Below, one piece after another: positions 19,644 through 26,909 of a stretch of 64,000 nt of DNA; positions within the stretch are counted from its first letter, which is position 1, and each line of letters begins with the position of its first letter. Location of the stretch: assembly GCA_017468385.1 (NCBI GenBank), contig JAFUIQ010000015.1:15726-79725 (forward strand), in the 5' to 3' direction. The notes under the pieces were generated by a model that ran no database searches, was not told where the DNA came from, and saw nothing but the letters and a program-made list of their open reading frames with translations. Both the position numbers and the translations under genes were made by a program. Source of the DNA: Clostridia bacterium (GTDB taxonomy: Bacteria > Bacillota > Clostridia > Oscillospirales > CAG-272).

Positions 19644-20264
19644 ATGGAATTCAAAGTATTTCAGAAAGAGCTTGAGCTCCAGTCCAGAGGCTGGATCCCC
19701 ACTTTCCACGACGTATCCAAAGAGGTCGTTGAGATCGTAAAGGCATCCGGTATCAAAAACGGAACTGTTTGCATCGCTTCTCACCACACCACCTGCTCCG
19801 TTATGATTCAGGAGTGCTCCCACGACGTTGACACGTTCGATCTGGAGTTTTTGCAGCATGACCTGCTGGACATCATGCGTAAGCTGATTCCCGATTATAC
19901 CGATGAAGGCGACTACCGTCATCCCGGTCCGATCCACGCTCAGTTCGGCCGCTACGTAAACGAGCCCGGTAACTACACTTCTATGAACACTGACGGTCAT
20001 CTTCGCTCCGTATTCTTCGGCCGCAGCGAGACCATGACCATCAAGGATGGCGTTCTGGACGGCGGCGAGTTTGCTCACATCTACTTCATTGACTGGGACC
20101 ACGTTCGCGCACGTCACAGACAGCTGAACGTTACCGTTATGGGTACCACCGAGGATATCGGCGACAGAAAGTGGAACGGCGGCGAGACCATCAACACTCT
20201 CCGTAAGTTCACCGAGGAAGAGAAGGCTTACGATCCTCGCTTCGATCTGCAGCAGAAGAGATAA
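19644..20264 (+). CDS. YjbQ/UPF0047 family protein, copy 1 (long form)
   Basis: 206 aa with HHTTCS, NTDGHLRS and FIDWDHVRAR motifs. It carries a ~45-aa C-terminal extension. Confidence 0.75.
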   Translation: MEFKVFQKELELQSRGWIPTFHDVSKEVVEIVKASGIKNGTVCIASHHTTCSVMIQECSHDVDTFDLEFLQHDLLDIMRKLIPDYTDEGDYRHPGPIHAQFGRYVNEPGNYTSMNTDGHLRSVFFGRSETMTIKDGVLDGGEFAHIYFIDWDHVRARHRQLNVTVMGTTEDIGDRKWNGGETINTLRKFTEEEKAYDPRFDLQQKR

Positions 20265-20295
20265 TCCGAGTAATACATATTTTTAGGAGTCAACA

Positions 20296-21003
20296 ATGAA
20301 ACCGACTATCAGAACCCCCTATTTTGAAATCGGCACGAAGAACTACGTTTGGGGCGACAAGCTTCTGGAGTATGCTCTCGCTGCTGATAAGGCTGCTGAA
20401 AAGTACGACATCGACGTACTCTTCATCTGCCCCGCACTTGAGGTAAGACGTGTTGCTGAAAACACCAAGCACCTGAAAGTGTTCTGCACTTATATGGACA
20501 CCCTTTATCCCGGCCGTGGATGCGCAGACATCCTCCCTGAGGGTGTTAAGGACGCAGGTGCCATCGGCGTTATGATCAATCACTGTGAGAAGCCCATGAG
20601 CCTTCCCCAGATGAAGAAGACTATCGACCGTGCAAGAGAACTGGATATGCTCGTTTTCGCTTGCGCTGACACTTTGGACGAGGCTAAGGCTATCGCTCAG
20701 CTGCATCCCGACATCATCAATCCCGAACCCTCCGAAATCATCGGCGGCGGCAAGGGTGCAAGCCCCATGGCTTACGTAATGGATTCCATCAAGGCTATCA
20801 AAGCCGTTGATCCCTCCATTATGGTTGAGCAGGCTGCGGGCATTACCTGCGGTCAGGAAGTGTATGACTTCATCATGGCCGGTTCCGAAGCAGCAGGTGC
20901 CGCTTCCGGTATCATGAACGCAGAAGATCCCATCGCTATGATCGACGAAATGATCGCTGCCACCAGACGTGCGGCAGATGATCTGAAGAAGCAGAACGCT
21001 TGA
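20296..21003 (+). CDS. triosephosphate-isomerase family protein (archaeal-size, ~235 aa)
   Basis: VMINHCEKP corresponds to the TIM NHSE(R) His motif. INPEPSEIIGGG corresponds to the archaeal TIM EPPELIG catalytic-Glu motif. Confidence 0.7.
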   Translation: MKPTIRTPYFEIGTKNYVWGDKLLEYALAADKAAEKYDIDVLFICPALEVRRVAENTKHLKVFCTYMDTLYPGRGCADILPEGVKDAGAIGVMINHCEKPMSLPQMKKTIDRARELDMLVFACADTLDEAKAIAQLHPDIINPEPSEIIGGGKGASPMAYVMDSIKAIKAVDPSIMVEQAAGITCGQEVYDFIMAGSEAAGAASGIMNAEDPIAMIDEMIAATRRAADDLKKQNA

Positions 21004-21013
21004 GGTGAAAAGT

Positions 21014-21508
21014 ATGGTTTTCAGAGAGTCTTTTAAACTGCAGTCCCGTGATCGCGCTGTCAGCTTTCACGATGTAACCGATAAGGTAAAAGAACTTGCC
21101 GCAAAGTCCGGCATGAAGAACGCAATCGTTGTGGTTTACTCCCACCACACCACTTGCTCCGTTATCACCCAGGAATGCGCCTTCGATATGTCCATGACCG
21201 GTCTGGAGACCCTCCAGCAGGATTTGGTAAACGTATTCGAAGAGTGGATCCCCACCTGCCGTTATGAGGGTATGTATCTGCATCCCGGTCACAAGGCACT
21301 GGTGTTTGCCGAGGAGCACGGTGAGGACAACTTCGGCTGCCACAACACCGATGCACATCTGCGCTCCTCCATCATCGGCCGCAACGTAACCATCGTTATG
21401 GCAGACGGTGAGATGGATCTGGGTGAGTTCGGCCGCATTCACTTCATTGACTGGGACCAGACCCGCGCACGTCAGCGCACGGTTCAGGTTATGATCATCG
21501 GTGAATAA
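21014..21508 (+). CDS. YjbQ/UPF0047 family protein, copy 2
   Basis: The track starts at GTG 21005. I prefer the ATG at 21014 because GAGG lies 8 nt upstream. Motifs SHHTTCS, NTDAHLRS and FIDWDQTRAR match copy 1. Confidence 0.75.
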   Translation: MVFRESFKLQSRDRAVSFHDVTDKVKELAAKSGMKNAIVVVYSHHTTCSVITQECAFDMSMTGLETLQQDLVNVFEEWIPTCRYEGMYLHPGHKALVFAEEHGEDNFGCHNTDAHLRSSIIGRNVTIVMADGEMDLGEFGRIHFIDWDQTRARQRTVQVMIIGE

Positions 21509-21542
21509 TTACCGAAAATCTTAGTGAATAAGGAGATTCCCC

Positions 21543-22574
21543 ATGTTTGGATACAAAATGTCCGATTATGATAAAAAGGTCTATGCGGAACAGCTGGCGG
21601 ATTTCCTTCCCGATAAGATGATCGACGCCCACGCGCACATCTGGAAGAAGGAATTCGACCCCGCTACTACCGAGGAGCAGAAGGCTTGCGTAAGCTGGAC
21701 GCGTATGGTTGCGGAGGATTGCTCCATTGAGGATCTGATGCAGACCTACACGGATATGTTCCCCGGCAAGAAGATGGTTCCCGTGCTGATGGGCTGGCCC
21801 ATGACCACGCTTCCTTTGACCAACGAGTACACACGCGAAGCCGCAAAGAAAATCAATGTACCCGCATTCTACTGCACCGATTACTCCATGACCGCTGAGC
21901 ATCTGGAAGAAGCGGTCATCGGCGGCGGTTTCTGCGGTCTGAAGCCGTACCAGAACAACTGCGCTCCCTACATTCCCGAGAAGGAAATCCGTATCTACGA
22001 TTTCCTTACTCCGGAGCATCTGGAAGTTGCGAACAAGCACGGCTGGATCGTTATGCTGCATATTTCCCGTTCTCTGCGTCTCCGCGACCCCGTGAACCTG
22101 GCACAGCTGATGGAAATTGAGGAGAGATACCCCAATCTGAAGCTGATTGTCGCTCATGTTGGCCGTGCGTACTCCAAGGAAGATCTGGGCGATGCATTTG
22201 AAACCCTGAAGCAGACCAAGAACATGCTGTTTGACTTTACGGCAAACACACTGGATCTGGCTATGATCGAGTGCATTAAAGCCGTAGGCACCAAGCGCAT
22301 CATGTTCGGTTCGGACTTGCCCATCGTAAAGATGCGGATGTTCCGTACCACGGAGAACGGTGGTTTCTACATCAATAATGTGCCCCGTGGTCTGTACGGC
22401 GATGTTTCCTCCGATCCGCATATGCGTGAAACCGATCGCGAAGACATCACCAACTTCCTCTATGAAGAGCTTCTGGCATTCAAGCGCTGTGCTGCCGAAC
22501 TCTCCCTGTCCCGCGGGGATGTGGAAGATATCCTCTGCAACAATGCTGCCAAGCTTTTCGGTATGAACATCTGA
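21543..22574 (+). CDS. amidohydrolase-2 type metal-dependent hydrolase (TIM barrel)
   Basis: 343 aa. N-terminal metal motif IDAHAHIW, later VMLHISR and VAHVGRA. AGGAG RBS. Confidence 0.7.
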   Translation: MFGYKMSDYDKKVYAEQLADFLPDKMIDAHAHIWKKEFDPATTEEQKACVSWTRMVAEDCSIEDLMQTYTDMFPGKKMVPVLMGWPMTTLPLTNEYTREAAKKINVPAFYCTDYSMTAEHLEEAVIGGGFCGLKPYQNNCAPYIPEKEIRIYDFLTPEHLEVANKHGWIVMLHISRSLRLRDPVNLAQLMEIEERYPNLKLIVAHVGRAYSKEDLGDAFETLKQTKNMLFDFTANTLDLAMIECIKAVGTKRIMFGSDLPIVKMRMFRTTENGGFYINNVPRGLYGDVSSDPHMRETDREDITNFLYEELLAFKRCAAELSLSRGDVEDILCNNAAKLFGMNI

Positions 22575-22599
22575 TTTTTGAAAGGATACATACAAAGCT

Positions 22600-23985
22600 A
22601 TGAAAAAGATTAAGATTGGTTTTCTTCCGCTGTATGTAAAGTTGTACGATGATGTTGTCGCCAGCCTGCGTCCCAGACTGGAGGCCTTCTACGAGACCAT
22701 GGCGAAGAAACTGGAAGAGCAGGGAATGGACGTGATCCGCGCTCCTTTCTGCCGCTTGGAATCTGAATTCCTCGCCACTGTTGCTGATTTCGAGAAGCAG
22801 GGCGCGCAGTGCCTTGTTACTCTGCACATGGCGTACTCTCCCTCTCTGGAGTGTGTTAAGGCTCTGACCGAGACCACTCTGCCCATCGTAATCATGGACA
22901 CCACCGAAACATATGAGTTCGATCCTATGGTAGATCCCGGTGAGCTCATGTACAACCACGGTATCCATGGCGTAATGGATATGTGCAACCTGCTGCTTCG
23001 CAATAAGAAGCAGTATGCCATCGCAGCCGGCCACTACATCCACTCCGACGTAGTGGAGAGAACCTGCGGTTATGTGCGCGCGGCTGTTGCAGCTCATGCA
23101 CTGAACGGTATCAAGGTTGGTACCTATGGCGGCGAGTTCGCCGGCATGGGCGACTTCCAGGCAGGCCAGAGAGAACTGAAAGAGCGCTTCGGTATCGATC
23201 TGATTGAAGCCAATGACGAAGAGATCAAGGCTATCCGCGCCGCTATTACCGACGCGGAAGTGGATGCAGAAATCGCATTTGATGACGCCAACTACGAGCG
23301 TGCCGAGGTTCTCAATGAAGTAAACTACAGAGAGAACACCAAGGACTGCCTCGCTATCCGTAAGTGGATCGAGAAGAATGGCTTGAACGCCTTCTCTGTG
23401 AACTTCCTGAAGTTCACTGCAGAAACCGGCCTGAAGTCCGTTCCGTTCCTGGAAGCATGCAAGGCTATGACCCGCGGCATCGGTTATGCCGGCGAGGGTG
23501 ATGCTCTGGACGCAGCCATCATGGGCGCTATCTATAAAGCATACGATCAGGCATCTTTCTGCGAGATTTTCTGCCCCGACTGGAAGGGTAACTCCTTCAT
23601 GATCAGCCATATGGGTGAAATGAACTACGCAGTAAGCGATATCAAGCCCCAGCTGAACAACGTAGCATTTAACTACACCAATGCTGCTGCACCGGTAGTT
23701 GGTTACGCCAAGTTCCGCGGCGGCAAGGCTATCTACGCCAATGTTTGCCGTGATGCAGAGGGCTACTGCATGGTGATCACTCCCATCGAGATGATGGATG
23801 TGAAGGAAGACACCTTCAAGAAGTCCATGCGCGGTTGGTTCAAGCCCAGCACTACTGTGGCTGACCTCCTGGAAGGCCTCAGCACCTACGGTGCAACCCA
23901 CCACAGCCTGCTCATCTATGATGCAACGGTTGAGGAAATCGCATACTTCGCAAAACTGCTCGGCATGAGAGTTATCACTCTGTAA
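22600..23985 (+). CDS. L-arabinose/L-fucose isomerase family protein
   Basis: 461 aa. N-terminus KIGFLPLYVKLYDD resembles the AraA WFV.GSQ.LYG pattern. C-terminal YGATHHSLLIYD resembles the AraA GG.HHTV motif. Confidence 0.7.
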   Translation: MKKIKIGFLPLYVKLYDDVVASLRPRLEAFYETMAKKLEEQGMDVIRAPFCRLESEFLATVADFEKQGAQCLVTLHMAYSPSLECVKALTETTLPIVIMDTTETYEFDPMVDPGELMYNHGIHGVMDMCNLLLRNKKQYAIAAGHYIHSDVVERTCGYVRAAVAAHALNGIKVGTYGGEFAGMGDFQAGQRELKERFGIDLIEANDEEIKAIRAAITDAEVDAEIAFDDANYERAEVLNEVNYRENTKDCLAIRKWIEKNGLNAFSVNFLKFTAETGLKSVPFLEACKAMTRGIGYAGEGDALDAAIMGAIYKAYDQASFCEIFCPDWKGNSFMISHMGEMNYAVSDIKPQLNNVAFNYTNAAAPVVGYAKFRGGKAIYANVCRDAEGYCMVITPIEMMDVKEDTFKKSMRGWFKPSTTVADLLEGLSTYGATHHSLLIYDATVEEIAYFAKLLGMRVITL

Positions 23986-23998
23986 TCAACGCATAACG

Positions 23999-24030
23999 AA
24001 ATCCCCGCATCTTCGGATGCGGGGATTTTT
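23999..24030 (+). terminator. intrinsic terminator of the YjbQ-to-isomerase operon
   Basis: aaatccccgcatc-ttcg-gatgcggggattt followed by a T-run. Lies 14 nt after the stop. Confidence 0.85.
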
Positions 24031-24036
24031 ATACGC

Positions 24037-24067
24037 AAAAGAAGCATATCTGCGAGAGATATGCTTC
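24037..24067 (-). terminator. intrinsic terminator directly 3' of tRNA-Arg
   Basis: 10-bp stem gaagcatatc/gatatgcttc with a 7-nt loop, followed on the minus strand by TTTTG. Confidence 0.75.
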
Positions 24068-24142
24068 TGGCACCCCGAACCGGAATCGAACCGATATCTA
24101 AGTCTTAGGAGGACCTTGTTCTATCCGTTGAACTACCGGGGC
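24068..24142 (-). tRNA. tRNA-Arg (anticodon CCU)
   Basis: Hand-folded 75-nt cloverleaf: GCCCCGG TA GTTC AACGGATA GAAC A AGGTC CTCCTAA GACTT AGAT ATCGG TTCGATT CCGGT TCGGGGT G CCA. U8, G18G19, U33 and the T-loop TTCGATT are present. The 3' CCA is encoded. Confidence 0.9.
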
Positions 24143-24158
24143 CTATATAACGATGATT

Positions 24159-24187
24159 AGTATATCATAATTCATTCCAAAAATCAA
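24159..24187 (-). promoter_or_regulatory. sigma-A type promoter of tRNA-Arg: TTGATT-17-TATACT
   Basis: Minus strand: TTGATT (24187-82), a 17-nt spacer, then TATACT (24164-59). The tRNA 5' end lies 16 nt downstream. Confidence 0.6.
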
Positions 24188-24205
24188 GATGCAAAATGCT
24201 ATGAC

Positions 24206-24231
24206 AAAAGCCACGCACAAGCGTGGCTTTT
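24206..24231 (-). terminator. intrinsic terminator downstream of the Asn/Gln small ORF
   Basis: Stem gccacgc/gcgtggc with loop acaa, flanked by AAAA and TTTT. Lies 25 nt after the TAA at 24257 and upstream of the tRNA promoter. Confidence 0.7.
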
Positions 24232-24256
24232 GGTACCCTTAGTGGCAAAACGGAAA

Positions 24257-24415
24257 TTATCGGTTGTTGCTGTTCTGGCTGTTGCTCTGGTTGTTGTTCT
24301 GCTGTTTGTTCTGGTTGTTGTTCTGCTGATTCTGCTGTTTGTTCTGATTGTTGTTCTGCTGGCTCTGCTGTTTATTCTGGTTGTTGTTCTGCTGATTCTG
24401 GTTCTGGTTATTCAT
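24257..24415 (-). CDS. candidate small ORF: 52-aa Asn/Gln-rich repeat peptide (coding status unproven)
   Basis: Below the track size cut-off. ATG 24415 to TAA 24257 encodes MNNQNQNQQNNNQNKQQSQQNNNQNKQQNQQNNNQNKQQNNNQSNSQNSNNR. There is no earlier in-frame start back to the stop at 24476-8. A terminator hairpin lies ~25 nt downstream. The SD-like GGAG is about 14 nt from the ATG, which is suboptimal. Confidence 0.35.
   Translation of the reverse strand: MNNQNQNQQNNNQNKQQSQQNNNQNKQQNQQNNNQNKQQNNNQSNSQNSNNR
24299..24397. repeat. three tandem 33-bp repeats (ctgctgtttgttctggttgttgttctgctgatt and variants) with degenerate partial copies on both sides
   Basis: Copies lie at 24299-24331, 24332-24364 and 24365-24397. 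Copy 2 has 3 mismatches to copy 1 and copy 3 has 1 mismatch. There are no spacers. Confidence 0.9.
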
Positions 24416-24556
24416 ATTTATACCGCTTTCTCCCCATAAATTTCTGAAGGGTTCCGGGGAAGGAAACCTTCTGTTTCATAGCGATTTATACCGTAGTATA
24501 ATCGTTAAAGGGTACATGGATAGTGTGCGCACATTCTGTTGAATTATTCAGGAATA

Positions 24557-25825
24557 TCACTCCAGATACTGCTTCAGATTGAACAGAATCTGTGCAGTCT
24601 GCGCTCTTGTCAAAGCAGAGTAAGGAGCAATACTGCCGGCACCGGTGCCGCGCATGATCCCCAAATCGTTCAGCGCGTACAGCGCGCTCTGCGCCCATGC
24701 GGGAATGCTGTCATTGTCCGCAAACAGGGATACATTGACCGGCACTTCCGCGCCAATGATGTTGTTGAGAATGACTGCGCTCTCCGCTCTTGTGATGGAG
24801 TCACCGGGACAGAAGCAGATCAATCCGTTGTCTTCCCGGCCACGAATAATACCGGCCCGATAAGCCGCTTGCACATACGGCTTATTCACATCGAGAATGT
24901 CGGCATCGTCAGCAAATTGGGTTTGTTTGCATTCACCAAGATCCTTCGTCCCCAGAAGCTTCATCACCATTACCAGAAATTCTTCCCGTGTAACCAGATC
25001 ATCCGGCGAAAAGACAGCCGCTTCTTCGTTTGTTTTATATTGCATGACTCCGTCCGATGCCATTTCAATCGCTGCGCTGTGCGCCCAATGCTCGCTCATA
25101 TCCGAGAAGACCAGTTTACTGTTCTTTCGGGAGATCTGAATGTTTGCCTCCGTTATATCCGAATAGTTTCCATAACTATCCCGAACCCGATAGGTGAAGC
25201 TGTCACTGCCCGAACAGCCTACGTAAGGCGTATAGCGGAAATCACCGTGGGAGGAATCATTCAGAATCAAAAGCCCCTTCTTGGGGTATTCTACAATTTC
25301 GTACTGCAGAGTATCTCCCTCAGGATCATAGGCATCCAGCGTGCCGAAGCAGGTAATATCCTTTTGCGTCCAGGCGGCTGCCGTATCACCTGCGTTTGTC
25401 ACTGTGGGTGGAAAATTGATTTCGTCGGTGATTTTCACAAGACACATCTGTGCGTATCCGTCGTTTACCGAAAAATAAAAAGATGCATTTTCCACGCCGG
25501 CGGCGGGAACAAATTTCAAACTATCGATTGCCTTTTCGGAAACGGATTGATTCGTCGCCACAGGCACGGATCCGAGATATAAAACACCATCGGACGGCGA
25601 GGGAAGGGAGCATATTTTTACGGTACGAACTCCTTTGACTGAGGAAGCATTTTGAAAATCCACCATGCTGAACTGTACGCCGGAATGCGTCGTTCCGGTT
25701 TTAATCAGCGTAGCATCCGATGCAATAATATCCAGCGCGGGGGAGAGCAGCGCAGCATGCACGTGAGGGATAACAAGTGAAGAGATTAGAATTAACCCAA
25801 GAACACATTGAATTGTTTTTTTCAT
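24557..25825 (-). CDS. secreted cell-wall protein: cadherin-like/Ig-like domain plus three C-terminal SLH repeats
   Basis: 422 aa. Signal peptide MKKTIQCVLGLILISSLVIPHVHA. A YDPEGDTLQYEIV..FTYRVRDSYGN repeat. SLH-like segments FSDMSEHWA.., FADDADILDVNKPYVQAAY.. and FADNDSIPAWAQSALYAL. Confidence 0.8.
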   Translation of the reverse strand: MKKTIQCVLGLILISSLVIPHVHAALLSPALDIIASDATLIKTGTTHSGVQFSMVDFQNASSVKGVRTVKICSLPSPSDGVLYLGSVPVATNQSVSEKAIDSLKFVPAAGVENASFYFSVNDGYAQMCLVKITDEINFPPTVTNAGDTAAAWTQKDITCFGTLDAYDPEGDTLQYEIVEYPKKGLLILNDSSHGDFRYTPYVGCSGSDSFTYRVRDSYGNYSDITEANIQISRKNSKLVFSDMSEHWAHSAAIEMASDGVMQYKTNEEAAVFSPDDLVTREEFLVMVMKLLGTKDLGECKQTQFADDADILDVNKPYVQAAYRAGIIRGREDNGLICFCPGDSITRAESAVILNNIIGAEVPVNVSLFADNDSIPAWAQSALYALNDLGIMRGTGAGSIAPYSALTRAQTAQILFNLKQYLE

Positions 25826-25973
25826 TTCTGATCCTTTCAGCGGAGTATGCTGAAATCCTTTCTGATTGATTTCGGATTTAGTATCGCGCCGAAAAAAACA
25901 AATATGCAGAAAAATACAAATCGTAAAAGAATGTTCACAATTTGGCGAAACTCCGTGGGATGAAACTCAATTC

Positions 25974-26002
25974 TTGACACAAGCATAGGTAAATAGTATA
26001 AT
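25974..26002 (+). promoter_or_regulatory. sigma-A type promoter of hslO: TTGACA-17-TATAAT
   Basis: TTGACA 25974-79 and TATAAT 25997-26002, about 30 nt before the hslO ATG. Confidence 0.7.
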
Positions 26003-26033
26003 AGTACAAGTATGTTGAGTGAGGTATAGAATC

Positions 26034-26909
26034 ATGCAATCATCTGTAATCACACGTGCCATGACCAGCGACGGCAGCGCGCGCATTATATGCGCTGACA
26101 CCACAGCCATCGTTCAGAAGGCATTTGAAGTCCATAGAACCGCCAAAACCATGACTGCCGCATTGGGACGCAGCCTGACCGTTACGTCGCTCATGGGCTC
26201 TCTGTTGAAGGATAAGACGGATACGCTGTCTCTGCAGATCAAAGGAGACGGGCCTGCCGGAACGATTCTTTGCGTCAGCAACTACCGCGGCGATGTGCGC
26301 GGGTATGCAGAGAATCCGGACGCAGAACTCCCGCCCAATGAGCACGGAAAATTGGATGTAGGCGGTGCCGTCGGACAGGGAACCTTGTGTATTATCCGCG
26401 ACTTCGGCACCGGCGAACCGTACGTAGGTATCTCCCAGCTTGTCAGCGGTGAAATTGCGGAAGATATTTCGGAGTACTTTGTCACCAGCGAGCAGACTCC
26501 TACCGTATGTGCTCTTGGCGTGCGTGCCAATACAGACAATTCCTGCAAGTCTGCCGGAGGATTCCTTTTGCAGCTGCTCCCCGGTGCGGATGATTCGATC
26601 ATTCCCACGCTGGAAAAGAATATCGCCTCACTCGGCTCCGTTTCGAAGTTAATTGAAGTCGGAAAAACTCCGGAAGACATTATCGCTATGGTGTTGGAGG
26701 GAATTGAGTACGATCTGTTTGACAGCTATGAGATCGAATATCAGTGCAGCTGCGATCGTGACAAATACTTGCGTGCACTGATCAGTCTGAATCAGGCGGA
26801 TATGGACGAACTCGCAGAGACCGGCGAGCCCATTGAAACGGAATGCCGCTTCTGTCACACCAAGTATGTATTTGAAATTGACGAAATTCTGAAAGCGAGA
26901 AATGGCTGA
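26034..26909 (+). CDS. hslO: redox-regulated chaperone Hsp33
   Basis: The track starts at GTG 26019. I prefer the ATG at 26034 with a GAGG RBS. C-terminal zinc centre CSCD...CRFC. Confidence 0.9.
   Translation: MQSSVITRAMTSDGSARIICADTTAIVQKAFEVHRTAKTMTAALGRSLTVTSLMGSLLKDKTDTLSLQIKGDGPAGTILCVSNYRGDVRGYAENPDAELPPNEHGKLDVGGAVGQGTLCIIRDFGTGEPYVGISQLVSGEIAEDISEYFVTSEQTPTVCALGVRANTDNSCKSAGGFLLQLLPGADDSIIPTLEKNIASLGSVSKLIEVGKTPEDIIAMVLEGIEYDLFDSYEIEYQCSCDRDKYLRALISLNQADMDELAETGEPIETECRFCHTKYVFEIDEILKARNG

Noticed and set aside
24266-24412. Possible CRISPR array or other spaced-repeat element
   Set aside because: The repeats are directly tandem (33 bp, no spacers), there are only ~3-4 copies, and no cas genes lie nearby.
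24223-24447. Plus-strand ORFs over the 33-bp repeats: a Cys/Ser-rich 74-aa ORF (CCSGCCSGCCS.., RiPP-like look) and a 69-aa all-Leu/Val ORF (toxin-like look)
   Set aside because: Both start at GTG or TTG inside the stem and T-run of the 24206-31 terminator hairpin, without any SD. They run against the transcriptional logic of the locus, where the flanking promoter, tRNA and terminators are all minus-strand. They are codon-phase mirrors of the minus-strand N/Q ORF. They are not fully excluded, and the related finding states this.
24446-24471. Hairpin gaagggttcc-ggggaa-ggaaaccttc as the terminator of the SLH gene
   Set aside because: The stem is imperfect, with one mismatch, and no U-run follows on the minus strand (agaaattta). 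I do not call it a terminator; it is noted only as a possible processing or pause structure.
23986-24556. tRNA-Arg as an integration site for a genomic island
   Set aside because: No integrase, no direct repeat of the tRNA 3' end, and no compositional break that I could see. The flanking genes look like ordinary chromosomal genes.
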